The notes under the pieces were generated by a model that searched no databases, had not been told where the DNA came from, and saw only the letters and a program-made list of their open reading frames with translations. Of a stretch of 64,000 nt of DNA, positions 13,981 through 26,759 are shown piece after piece. The stretch's first letter is position 1, and each line of letters starts with the position of its first letter. The translations under genes were made by a program, and so were the position numbers. The DNA comes from Octopus vulgaris (lineage: Eukaryota): NCBI GenBank assembly GCA_951406725.2, contig OX597837.1, forward strand, positions 2,542,001-2,606,000, given 5' to 3'.

Positions 13981-14036
13981 GTCTTACAGCTGTTTCTGGA
14001 ATATCCCAGGGTATGGGATATTCCATCATCAGAGAC
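13981..14036 (-). ncRNA. Minimal type I hammerhead ribozyme
   Basis: Minus strand: gtct-CUGAUGA-tggaatatccca(taccc)tgggatattcca-GAAA-c(agcu)g-UA-agac. Perfect 12-bp stem II, GUA cleavage triplet, palindromic loop III. Confidence 0.92.
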
Positions 14037-14287
14037 ATATAGGGAAAAATGGGGAAACAAGAATGGTATATATTGATAAAATGAGTATATAGCGGAAGGG
14101 AGGAAATGAATAAGGACATGGAGAGAGAAAAGAAAAAAGAAGCATAAAATTTCATAGTTGAACTTTCTGATGTCGTGGAAACAAGTGTCTAAGTCCTTAA
14201 GTGGAATCTTGCGTAGATCCATGTGGGTTAAAATCCTGATATTGTAAACATCCAGAGAAAAAAGATGCGAACATATCAACGTTATTG

Positions 14288-14554
14288 AAATCTGCATAAG
14301 GAGGAAGTAGATGTCTTCAAAAAGGAACTAGACATTCTCCTCTCCACAGTATCGGAAGAAAGCAACAGCCCAACATGAGGTGCAGACGAGGGCAGCAGAA
14401 TCAAACTCCCTTCCACACCAAATGGGACAACAGCTGGGACAAAGGCACATACAGGTGTGGTGATGTAAAACACCCCAGACTGAGAAAATCAGCAAGACCA
14501 CGGTGATGCTCCAGCATGACCGCAGCCACATGGCTCCGAAACGAGTAAAAGAGT

Positions 14555-14556
<2 letters not shown>
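14288..14556 (+). mobile_element. 3' end of a CR1-group LINE (ORF2 C-terminus and 3' tail)
   Basis: NLHKEEVDVFKKELDILLSTVSEE...EVQTRAAESNSLPHQ, then tail gtgatgctccagcatgaccgcagccacatggct...gaaacgagtaaaagagtaa. Clade assigned from remembered motifs. Confidence 0.75.
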
Positions 14557-14610
<54 letters not shown>

Positions 14611-14623
14611 GTATGTATGTATG

Positions 14624-14704
<81 letters not shown>

Positions 14705-15098
14705 CGTATGCGTATACGTACATGATTATATATGATCGGCCATTCTCTCTTCTCGGCGTTTTAAACGACAAAAAACAACAACAATTTAAAAAGTTTTGGC
14801 CTTGAGCCTAAGTAGGAAATCAATAGAAATTAGAAATTGGCGAGGAAGGTCAGCTGTTTCTGCTAATTCTGGCATCGGTGTTTACCATTTTATAGTGCTG
14901 AGGCGATCGATTGCCTGAGGTGGAGGGGTGGAGAGAAGGTAACTGTAGGAGAAAATAGGGAGCTCGGGGAAAGAGGGGGAGGAGAGAGAAACAGGTAGCG
15001 AGATCATAGAGACATATAGAGAAGAGAGAGAGAGAGAGAAGAGAGCAAAATAAGCATAATCAGTGAATGATATATGTGTGTGTGTTTGTATGTATGTA

Positions 15099-15169
<71 letters not shown>

Positions 15170-15221
15170 ATATATGTATATATATATATACATACATGTA
15201 TGTGAGTGTGTATATGTATGC

Positions 15222-15268
<47 letters not shown>

Positions 15269-15518
15269 TATATGTGTGTGTGTGTATATATGTATATATA
15301 TATATACATACATGTATGTGAGTGTGTATATGTATGCATTTATATATATATATGTGTGTGTGTGTGTGAATGGAGAGAGATGGCGAGAGGAAAAATTGGG
15401 AGAGTGACAGTGCGAGGAAAAGTATAAGGAGATAATGTGAAGAATATATACATATACACACACGCATATATATATAACAAATATTATATATAATATATAT
15501 ATATATATATATTTATTT

Positions 15519-15584
<66 letters not shown>

Positions 15585-15799
15585 ATAGAGAGAGAAAGTA
15601 CTGGTGGAGAGGGAGGGAGAGGGAGTCACTGGGGTGATGAATGAAGTGGATAAGATTTTAACAAGTATTCGGAGCCATTAAGTTAATTTTGTCAGACGTG
15701 TCACTCATTAACAAAGATTTCTTCCCGCTCTCCCTCTCTCCTCTACGCTCTCTCTCTCTCTCTCCTCCATTTCCAATCGTTTCACCCAACAACAACAAC

Positions 15800-16100
15800 A
15801 CCAATCTACATCTCGATGGATCAGCCATTACCAAGGACTTCAATGTTTATCAAATCCTGTTTACTGGTTTCTCCTCCAGTCTGACTGTTGTTGCAGCGCA
15901 AACCTGAGATGAATGAATTTGTAGCCTGTGAGGGTAAGAACTTGCCAATATGAAGGAATTTTGAGAGAATTTCCTTTTGGGTAAACTCCAAGTCTTTCGA
16001 TTTTCAAATACTCTTCAGGTGTCAACATTTACCTCTGTGCTGCAATCGACTGATGAACTATGCCTCTCTTAACTAGAATCCCTTGTTTTGTATGTGGACA
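15800..16100 (+). mobile_element. Possible highly decayed LINE RT fragment
   Basis: NLHLDGSAITKDFNVYQILFTGFSSSLT and MNYASLN*NP weakly recall LG..FSS.L.W and LEYAS..W.P of CR1/Jockey-type ORF2. Confidence 0.35.
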
Positions 16101-16529
16101 AAGTAAGATTTGAACGTGAACCTCGATGCACTGAACCCCGATGGACTCGATGCACTTGTTGATTATTCGGTATCTCACCGCCTTCTGCAGACAGCCGGCT
16201 ATGAATTAGTTGTGAAACTACCTGCTGTTGTCTTCTTCTTCTTCTTCCAATCAGGACTCGTGCCATTAGCCAAAAAGAATAATCTTTAATTCGAGCCTAC
16301 TCTAAGCTACTAAGAATTCGTGTGGCAACTTGAAAATCCACCCACCACACGCGATAGACTGGCAGTTACACGGGCACGAAAGCTACGTTATTATCCTCAT
16401 TCCGTAAACGGTGGCTTTTAACGGGTGGAGAGCTGAACCATCCTAGGGTACAGAGGATTCGAAATCTAGACTAGGGTCTGAAAGTTTACTACACCATAGT
16501 GGATTACACCATGGTTCCTCTGCTCTATG

Positions 16530-16687
16530 GCAGAAGTAAGAAGAAAGAGTGAGAGGAAATTGTGGAGCATCGTGGAACTTAGATGTTTTTGCTCAATAAA
16601 CACTCACAATGACCGATCTGGGAATCGAAAGCGCGTTCTTACGACCGCGAGTCCGCTGCTCTAACCACTGGGCCATTGCGCCTCCCC
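16530..16687 (-). mobile_element. SINE family C, 5' part with tRNA-like head
   Basis: Minus strand: ggaggcgcaatggcccagtggttagagcagcggactcgcggtcgtaagaacgcgctttcgattcccag, with A and B boxes followed by a non-tRNA body. Confidence 0.8.
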
Positions 16688-16813
16688 ACCTGCTGTGTTG
16701 TTGTTGTTGTTGTTGTTATCGTCATCGCCGTTGTCGTTGTCGTCGTTGCAGTTGCTGTTGTTAATATTGCTGTTGTGCTTGTTAGTGTTGTTGTTAATAT
16801 TGTTGATATCAAG

Positions 16814-17600
16814 ACAGCGAGTGGGCAGAAACATTAGCATGCCGGGCGAAATGCTAAACGGTATTTCGTCTGCCGCTATGTTCTGAGTTCTAATTCCGCC
16901 GAGGTCGAATTTGCCTTTCATCCTTTCAGGGTCGATAAATTAAGTACCAGTTATGACTGGGGTTGATCTAATCGACTTAATCTCTTTGTCTGTCCTTGTT
17001 TGTCCCCTCTATGTTTAGCCCCTTGTAGGCAATAAAGAAATAAGAAACGTTAGCACGCCGTACGAAATGCTTAGCGGTATTTCGTCTGCCGCTACGTTCT
17101 GAGTTCAAATTCCGCTGAGGTCGACTTTGCCTTTCATCCTTTCAGGGTCGATTAAATAAGTACCAGTTACGCACTGGGGTCGGTGTAATCGACTTAATCC
17201 GTTTGTCTGTCCTTGTTTCTCTCCTCTGCGTTTAGCCTCTTGTGGGTAGTAAAGAAATAGGTATTTCGTCTGCCGCTACGTTCTGAGTTCAAATTCCGCC
17301 GAAGTCGACTTTGCCTTTCATCTTTTCGGATGTAACCGACTTAATCCCTTTGTCTGTCCTTGTTTGTCCCCTCTATGTTTAGACCTTGTGGGCAATAAAG
17401 AAATAAATATTGTTGATATCAAGACGGCGATTTGGCAGAACCGTTACCGCGCCAGGCAAAATGCTTGGCGGCATTCCGTCTGCATTTAGGTTTCACCGAA
17501 GTTGACTTTGCATTTCGATAAAATAAATACAAGTTGAACACTAAGGTCGATGCAATCGATTTACCACCGAAATTGCTAGTCTTGTACCAAACTTTGAAAT
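16814..17600 (+). mobile_element. SINE family B: three tandem copies plus one diverged copy
   Basis: Repeats of gtatttcgtctgccgctacgttctgagttcaaattccgccgaggtcgactttgcctttcatcctttc...ccttgtgggcaataaagaaata at about 16860, 17077 and 17260; diverged copy from 17425. Confidence 0.93.
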
Positions 17601-17799
17601 CAATGTTGTTGCTTTTATTGTTGTTGTTGTTGCTGTTTATGTTGTTCATTCCCAGTCCTTTCTGCTCGAACAGATCCATGACGAAAGGCATTCCAGGTTT
17701 GTCCTTATCCTTTTCTGCATATCAAAAACTATGTCGACCAGTACAATTTTCATTAGAACTGGTAAGCTGTGATTTGTAATATGGGATTGAACAGGATTA

Positions 17800-18010
17800 T
17801 GATGGTTTTTGACAAACCCATAGCATGTGTAGAAGGAATTTTCCCCTATGGAAGCAAACCTTGGACTATAAAAAGAAGTAACTTCAACATTATATTGACT
17901 CTGTGGCACAATGGGTCTCGTATAAGAACTCAGAATGTCTCATGGCGTAAACACAAGACCAAAGAGGAGATTTGTAGATTTATTTCGCCTTTTTCAACAC
18001 TAAGTGTTCT
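17800..18010 (+). mobile_element. RTE-like LINE fragment
   Basis: ACVEGIFPYGSKPWTIKRS...RTQNVSWRKHKTKEEICRFISPFS, matching ACVE.ILLYGSE.WT...QN.SW..H.T.E.IY..LPP.S. Confidence 0.75.
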
Positions 18011-18559
18011 CTGCCTCTCCAAGTTTAACCATAAATACCTAGATATAGTTAGTAGAGCTTCGTCCTTGTACTGAGCTGGAGATACGGATAAAACGTCTCC
18101 CCGTGTTTTTAGAAATTTCATTCGGTATATTTCCTTTGAAAAATATAAATTGTCAACGAAAGAAAGATTACCTTCTCGAGTCATACTGACTCATAAGCGC
18201 ATACACACACACATACACAAACACACACTCAAATACGCATGCACGCGTAGAAATATACGCAAATAGATAGAAAGATATTACATTTTAATAATTGAACACG
18301 GTTGTCATAAGCACCTTCCCTTTCTTCATATACATAAATAGAAACCTGCTCACACATATAAACAGGGAGATGAGGGAGAGAGAGGGGGAACGAGAGAAGC
18401 GTTAGAATGTCTGATGTCAGATAAGTCAGCGTCGAATCAACAAAGCCTAATAAGCAGCACCAAAACATCTCATACCTTGGAGGAAGTAAAACACACACAC
18501 ACACTCACACACGAGCAAACGTGTTTATACACATACATACACATATATGCAATCATTTA

Positions 18560-18790
18560 CTATCTCTCAAGAACTTGTCTGGTTTCCGAATTTTTGACAA
18601 TGTTTCAAAGATGTGCTTCATTTGTGCCCATTTCCAAAAGGAGCTTGTAAGCGGAACCTGCAGCCCGCTTCATTGGAAAGTTTATCGCTACCTGGAAAAG
18701 CGACTGCAATAACTAAATAACCAGCAGTTTGGGTTCACAGATTTTAGCAAACAATGGACTGACCAGGATTGTCTTTCTAATTCCTTCAGA
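18560..18790 (+). mobile_element. Decayed LINE RT N-terminal fragment
   Basis: RTCLVSEFL...ASFVPISKR and YLEKRLQ*LNNQQFGF resemble W..A.V.PI.KK...YLE...LL...QFGF. Confidence 0.55.
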
Positions 18791-18925
18791 AGCATCAAGG
18801 ATGCAAATTCCAGCTTCTTGTGCCGAACCATTTTAAAAGTAGCAACATAGACCGCTCTTCTTGTCTGCAACTAGTTTAGGGTCATTGTTAATGACATGTG
18901 ATATTAACATGTAGTGCATTTTATA

Positions 18926-18974
<49 letters not shown>

Positions 18975-18995
18975 CCTCTCTCTCTCTCTGTCCCC

Positions 18996-19074
<79 letters not shown>

Positions 19075-19249
19075 AAGCACCTGTCATTTATACGGTCAGC
19101 CTTTAACACATTCTGTCTCGCTGACCCAGCCTGAGAGTTACACGTGTCTGAGGAGTACTCGGTCACTCTTATACATTAATTACACGATGAGTAATTCTGC
19201 TCGTCGTCGATACCGACGGAGAATCCATTTCCACACCACCAGACAACAA

Positions 19250-20614
19250 AATATGCTTGCGTATATGCGTATATGTGTAGCGTATATGCGTATATGCTTG
19301 CGTATATGCGTATATGCGTATATGTACACATAAATCTACATACATTACACATATTCGGCTGTATGGTTATGTATGTAGATTTGTGTGTACATATGTATAT
19401 GTGTGTGTGGTGTGTGTGCGTGGGTGGGAACATGTGTGCATATATGTGCTTGCGTATGTACGTATGTGTGTGTGTGGTGTGTGTGCGTGGGTGGGAACAT
19501 GTGTGCATATATGTGCTTGCGTATGTACGTATGTGTATAAGGCTATATGCATGTGTATGTGGAATTGTGTATGCGTATAATGTGTATGTATGTATATGTG
19601 TGTGTGCGTGTGAGCATGTGCATGTGTATGCAACTGTACTTGTGTGTATATGTGCATGTGTGTGCAGTTGTACGTCTATATGTATATATATATACGGACG
19701 TGCGTATTCGTATATTCGTGTATATATATATGTGTGTGCGTGCGTGTGTGTGTATCTGTATATGTATATATATGTGTGCGTGTGTGTGTGAGTATGTGTA
19801 TATGCACCTGCATGTGTATGTGTTTCTGCATATAAGGGAGAGAGACTTATGTGTGTATGTGTATGTGTGTATATGTGTATGTGTATGTGTACGTGTGCAT
19901 GAGTTTGTGTGTTAGAAAGTTTGATATGTATATGTGTGTGTGTGTGAGTGTGTACGTGAATGTGTCTATGTATATATGTTTGTGACCGTTTGTGTGCGGA
20001 GGTGTGGATGTGTGTATGTATGTGTATATATGCATATATGTACCTGTGTTTGTGTTCCTGCATATGTCCAAGTGTGTATGTATATATGTTTGTGTTAGTG
20101 TATATGTGTGTGCGAGGATGTGGATGTGTGGATGTATATGTGAATGTGTGTGTGAGAGATAGAGTGATGTTTGTGTGCGTATGTATATAGATGTATGATG
20201 TGTGTATATGTGTGATGTCTGATGTATATGTGTTTATGTACATACACGTGTGTGTGATATGTATGTGTCCGTGAGTGCATGTGTGGGAGAGAGAGAGAGA
20301 GAAAACATGATGTGTGCATATATATATGTGTGTGTATGTGTATATGTATATGTGTACATGTGTGATGTGCGTATGTGTGCGACGTGTGATGTACGTACGG
20401 TGTATGTATATGTGTAACGTACAACACGTACATGTGTGTGTGCGTGTGTGATCTATGTGTCTACGATGTATGTGTGGATGTGTGATGCGTGTGTTCTCTG
20501 TTGTGTATGTATGTGCAAGGTGTACATCGTATACATGTATCTGTGTGTGACTTATGAGCTGTATGTGTATGATGGGGGAAGCAGTGTATGTGTGTTTGTG
20601 CTCACTGGTGTGTA

Positions 20615-20700
<86 letters not shown>
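19250..20700. repeat. Degenerate (TG)/(TA) low-complexity tract with short internal duplications
   Basis: Directly visible; an approximately 60-bp unit (gtgtgtgcgtgggtgggaacatgtgtgcatatatgtgcttgcgtatgtacgtat) occurs twice at about 19410-19530. Confidence 0.95.
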
Positions 20701-20702
<2 letters not shown>

Positions 20703-21026
20703 GTATATATCTGTTATGTGCGTCTGTGTGTAATGTCATATTTTTCATGAATTGAACAGGGGCTGCTACCATCCACGGACCATTCAAAATACTACTATCA
20801 TGGCACTCCCAAATGATTATTCTTCTTCTTCTCCTCATCCTCCTTCCTTTTTTTTCTTCTTCTTCTTCCCTACCAAGAATTCACAAGGACCTCGAACCCA
20901 CAAGAGTAAACAAGAGAGACAGAGACAGGCAGAAACAAGGAAAATGCCACTTGTATTTGAACACTATACAAATATTCTTTTAAAAAAACCTTTCTTTTAA
21001 TTTTTCTAAATTTAATTATTTAATCG

Positions 21027-21068
21027 TTACAGTTGAAAAAGTATCAATGACTGAAACCGGTACTGAAA
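21027..21068 (+). ncRNA. Minimal hammerhead-like motif, U3-A8 core variant with GUA site
   Basis: cag-UUGAAAA-agt(atcaatg)act-GAAA-ccgg-UA-ctg; second copy of the repeat at about 4905-5030. Confidence 0.6.
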
Positions 21069-21153
21069 TGTTTTTTAGAAAATTATTTTAGCATTTTCTA
21101 TCTCGACTTGTTTTTCTATATATATCAACTCGTGTGTTCCTTTTCATCCTTAT

Positions 21154-21281
<128 letters not shown>

Positions 21282-21524
21282 TGTATGTATGTATGTATGT
21301 ATGTATATGAGTGTGTGATGGGCGATGTATGATGTATGTATGTGTGAAACGTACGATCTGCTTATGTGTTTGTGCGAGATATGGGTGCGTGTGTGTATGT
21401 ATGTGATGTTCCAGGTGTATATATATGTGTGTGTGTGTGTGTGTGTAAGTATGTATGTATACGTGTGTAAGTGTATGACATGGGATGTATTCTTGTGTAC
21501 GTGTGTATATGTGTAATGTTCCAG

Positions 21525-21563
<39 letters not shown>

Positions 21564-22149
21564 CATACATATGTATGTATATGTGTGTAAATGTAGGACA
21601 TGCGATGTAAGCATGTACATGTGAGCGTATGTGTAATGTCCCAGGTGTTATTATACGTATGTGTATATGTTTGCATGTATGACATGCGATGTATACATGG
21701 ATGTGTGTGTGTGTGTGTGTGCGCACGTGTGCGTGCATGTGTGTATGCGTGCATGTGTGTATGCGAGACGTGTGTGTCTCCCCCTCCGCTCTTGAGAATC
21801 TTCTCCACAAAAGAGAGACAAGCCACACATCTTGTAAAATATGGTGGTGGTTTTATTAACCAACACCAGCAACAAGAGGCTGTGCATCACACTGCAACCC
21901 GCCAGTGACACTTACGCCCTCTCTCTCTCTCTCCCTCTCTCCCTTTCTCTCTCTCTCTGCCTCTCTCTCTCTCCCTCCCTCTCTCTCTCTCTCTTTCTAA
22001 CAACAGTTGCAACTGCACCTTGTTGCAATCGATCGCAACACCGACGTTTGTTGACGTTAAACTGTCTTCTTCAATGATTTCAGGTATTTTTCATGAACGG
22101 GGGTGGTGGAGAGAGTGGAGGAGAGGCATTACTGAAGGTGTGGAATTAA

Positions 22150-22825
22150 GGGTGGAGGGTGGTGATGGTGGTGATGGTGGTCGTGGTAATAGTGGTGGTG
22201 GCGGTGGTACTGCTGATGGTGGTGGTGGTATTAGTGGTGGTAGTGATGCTGATGGTGGTGGTAGCGGTGGCGGCAGTGATGTTGATAATGCTGGTGCTGG
22301 AGACGATGGTGGTGGTGGTGGTTGTGGCGTTGGCGGTGGTTGTGGTGGTGGTGGTGGTGGTGATAGTGGGGTGGGTTGGGGTGGGGGTTGCTATGTGTAA
22401 CGATGATGTGTTAGTGATAGACTGTATGGTTGTAGTGAAGGTGGTAGTGTCACGTTGCGTGGTCTGTGCGCTGAAGTATTAGTAGGGGTTGTTGTTGCTA
22501 CTGTTGTTGTTGTTACTGTTGTTGTTGTTATTGTTGGTGTTATCATAGTGGTGGTGGTGGTGGTGGTGTGGCTAGTATTAATAATAGTATGGATATCACC
22601 ATCATCATCATCATCCCCCACACCACCACCACCGCTGCCACTAACAGTTTCATAGTAATCATTGTCAACATCATCACCATCATCATCATCGTCATCATCA
22701 TCATTTCTATCATCATCATCGTTATCAACATCATCGTCATTGTCGTCATCATCATCATCATCATCATCTTCATTCTCTTCTTCCTCTTCCTCTTCCTCCT
22801 CCTCCTTCTCTTTATCCTCATTATT

Positions 22826-22866
<41 letters not shown>

Positions 22867-24927
22867 TACCACCACCACCACCATCATCATCCAATTCTTG
22901 TCAATACTACCATAATTATCACCACTGCCAGCACTACCATCATCACCATCGCCCTATCATCACCAATAACAACAACAGCAATTGTTGCCGTTGTTTGCTG
23001 TTGTTGTTTGTTGTTGCTGTTGTTGTTGTTAACATCATCGTCTGCGTCATCGCATGTGTCGTCTGCTCGTTCCATTTACCTCTCAGCTTAGCTGTTAATA
23101 TTCCCTCATTTTGCCACTGTTGTCATCACAAATACAACATATCGATTCTGAAGAGCAAATAATTATCTCACGAACCATTCATCGATTTCTTCACCTTCTT
23201 CATTTCATTTATTTTATTATTCAGTTTTTTGTTTTTATTTTTACCTTCTTCAGCCTTTTCTTTCCCTTTCTTCTTCGTCATCTTCCTTATTTCTACATTC
23301 CACTTTATCACCTTAATCATTCATCTTATTTTGCAGCAACCTTCTCTTTTCTACTTCGTCTTCTTTTCCTTCATTTTGATCATATTTTGTTCTTCATTGT
23401 TATTTTCCTTCTTCTTCTCCTTCTTATATGGCTGCTGCTGCTACTTCGTATTCCTTTTGTTACTTCTTCTTCGGTTTTTCTTTTATCTTCATTCCTTTTT
23501 TCCTTCTACTTCTTCCTTTCCGTATTCTTTCTTCTTGACTTTTACTACTTCCTTTTCCTCTTCTTCTTCTTCTTTTTCTTCTTCTTCTTTTTCTTCTTCT
23601 TTGTTTCTCTCTTCTTTATTCTTCTCCTTCTTTACCTTCTTCCTTATCACTGTCCTCTTCGTCTTTTTCCTTCGTTTTCTTCGTTGTCTTTCTTGCTTCT
23701 TCTTCCTTCAGTTTCTTCTTTCTTTCTTTTTTTGCTCAGTTTCCTTCCTTTTCCTTCTACCTTCTTTCTCATTTTACCTTTCATCTTTCTTTCATTTTTT
23801 TTTCCATTTTTTCTTTTTCTTTTTCGTATTTTTCACTAAATTCTTATTCTTTTCTTTCATCTTATCCTGTATATTTCTTCTTTTCCTTTCTTTTTCCATT
23901 CTTCGTTTCCTTCTCGTTATTCATTCTCCTCTCTTTATTCTACTTCTTTTTTATCTTCAATCCACATCTTCCTCCTTCTCCTCTTCTTCCTTTGCCTTCC
24001 TTCATTATTTTCCATTCTCCTTCTTTCCCCTCTTCCTTCTCCTCCTTTCACCTCCTCTATTTCTCCTTTTATCTCCTTATTCTTCTGCTATGTTTTCATT
24101 CCTCTTAATCATCTTCCATCTCCATTTTCTTAATCTTCTTCTGCTTTCTTTTTCATTACATCACCATCATCATCACCATCATCATTATCATCAACGTGGT
24201 CATCAATATCATCATCAGCATCGTCTTAATTTTTATTATCTCCACTACCACAACCACCTCCACCACCAACGTCACAACCACCACCGCCACAACCACCGCC
24301 GCCACACCACAACCACCACAACTATAACCACCACCAACGCTACAACAACCACTACCACCACCATTGCTACCATCACCACCACCACCACAACCATCACCCC
24401 ACCACAACCATCACACCCACCACAACCACAACCACCACTACAACCACAACCACAACCACCACTAACGCTACAACAACCATTTCCACCACCACTACAACCG
24501 TCACCACCATCAACACCACCACAACCACCACCACCAGCAATCACCGCAACAATCACAACAACAACCACTGCCACCACCATTACTACCATCACCACTACAA
24601 AACCACAACCAACACCCTCTCAACCTCCACCAACATCACCCTCACCACCACCACCACCACTGCCGCCACAACTATGAACTGTTCTTCAATAAACAGTCAT
24701 TGTTGATGTTACATTATATTGCCAATATATATATTTGTAGCAGTTTTCAATATGGCGGAGAGTGTTTCTGCCAACAGGAATAATGTTTTATAATTGAAAA
24801 ACTACCGTCACAACCACTACTAGCGCCGCCGCCGCCACCGCCACCATCGACAATAGGAATGCCATCACAGGCCCTCACAACCATCGTCATTATCACTCAA
24901 CCAAACCAGCCCTCTCGTTTCCGACAG

Positions 24928-24958
<31 letters not shown>

Positions 24959-25079
24959 GTCATCATTACCATCATTAGCATCATCATCATCGTTATCATT
25001 ATCAGTATCATCATCACCATCACCACATCATCATCATCACCACCATCAACACAACCACCACCATTTTCTTGAACACCAT

Positions 25080-25122
<43 letters not shown>

Positions 25123-25168
25123 GCTACTACTACTACTACTACTACTACTGCTACTACTACTACTACTG

Positions 25169-25220
<52 letters not shown>

Positions 25221-25240
25221 CACTATTGCTGCTGCTACTA
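22150..25240. repeat. Mosaic of trinucleotide repeats (GGT, CAT, CAC, ACT) and a long CT-rich tract
   Basis: Directly visible; source of the 242- and 482-aa low-complexity ORFs. Confidence 0.93.
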
Positions 25241-25243
25241 CTA

Positions 25244-25677
25244 GGTGCAGGCCTGGTTGTATGGTAAGAAGCTTCCACATGGTGCCGGGTTCAGTCCCAC
25301 TGCATGGTACCTTGGGCAAGTGTCTTCTACTATAACCTCGGGCCGACCAAAGCCTTGTAAGTGGATCTGGTGGACGGAAACTGAAAGAAGCCTGTCGTAT
25401 ATGTGTGTGTGTGTGTGTGTGTGTATGTGTGTGTGTGTGTGTGTGTCTATGTGTGTGTCTTAGTGTCTGTGTTTGTACCCCGATCACCGCTCGACAAACC
25501 GGTGTTGGTGTTTACGTCCCCGTAACTTAGCAGTTAAGCAAAGGATACCGATAGAGTAAGTACAAAGCTTTAAAAAAATATAAGTCCTGGCGGTCGATTT
25601 GCTGAAGGCGGTGCTCCACCATGGCCGCAGTCAAATGACTGAAACATGTAAAAGAATAAAAGTGTAAAAGAATAAAA
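25244..25677 (+). mobile_element. SINE family A, near full length
   Basis: Colinear with 10656-11050. Confidence 0.93.
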
Positions 25678-25715
25678 GACTACTACTCCTACTACTGCTC
25701 CCGCTACTACTACTG

Positions 25716-25775
<60 letters not shown>

Positions 25776-26007
25776 TTATTATTACTACTACTACTACTAC
25801 AAGTAGTAGTAGTAGTAGTAGTAGTACCACGACAACCAACGCCATCAGATTTACCACTAAACTACCATTTAAGGTAAAACCTACCCCATACACACTCCTA
25901 ACCCTCATATAATCCCATCAAGACCGCCATAACCACAAGCACAACAGCAACAACGACAATTCCAACGTTATTTCACTCCATAACTCCAAAATCATTGTTA
26001 TCTGCCG

Positions 26008-26141
26008 ATGCCCACTGCAAACTGCACACGGCACAGAACATATCTCACGTTTCAGGCTGCCCACTGCCCGCTGCACAATGCACACTGCACACTGCACGCT
26101 GCATACTTCACGCTGCACATAGCACGCTGCACACTGCATAC
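26008..26141. repeat. Degenerate heptamer tandem repeat (CTGCACA)n
   Basis: ...ctgcacaatgcacactgcacactgcacgctgcatacttcacgctgcacatagcacgctgcacactgcata. Confidence 0.85.
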
Positions 26142-26703
26142 CAGTTAGCCATGAGGTGTCCATTTCACACAGCAATTTTCCTCCACTTCCACTTATCAAG
26201 TCTTTAATACGGACATGCAGACAGCAAGGTGGGTTGCCGAGGATTAATTTACGGTTGAACCTCTCTGACACGCTTATACATTGACTCTTAATTTCTCTCT
26301 CTCTCAAACACACACTCCCTCTCTCTCTTTCTCTTTCTCTTCTCTTTCTCCCTCTCTTCTCTCTCTCTTTCTCTTCTCTTTCTCTGTCTCTGTCTCTCTG
26401 TCTCTCTCTCTCTTTCTCTGTCTCTCTCTCTCTCTCTCCCTCTCTCTCTCTCTCTCTCACTCTCTCAATGTGTGTGCGTGGATGGGGATGTGATTCTGCA
26501 TAATTTATGAATTAAATACTTTTATGTGTCTGATATATACATGTGGGTTTATATAGTTGTCTGTCTATATATAGAATATATATATATGTACATGTATGTA
26601 TATATACATATGTGTATGTATATATATACATACATGTATACACATAACAATGTGTGTGTATGTATATATGTGTGTGTGCGTGTATCTATACATATACACA
26701 CAC

Positions 26704-26759
<56 letters not shown>

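Noticed and set aside
14845-14885. Minus-strand tgc...gca-GAAA-cagctg resembling the 3' half of a hammerhead
   Set aside because: CUGANGA is absent and the cleavage triplet is GAC.
16445-16520. tRNA-like fragments (ggaaccatggtgtaat, ttcgaatcc) on the minus strand
   Set aside because: No complete cloverleaf. All tRNA-like sequences in the window appear to be SINE heads or remnants, so no tRNA gene is called.
16814-17405. Regularly repeated units that might suggest a CRISPR-like array
   Set aside because: They are tandem SINE B copies without unique spacers, in eukaryotic DNA.
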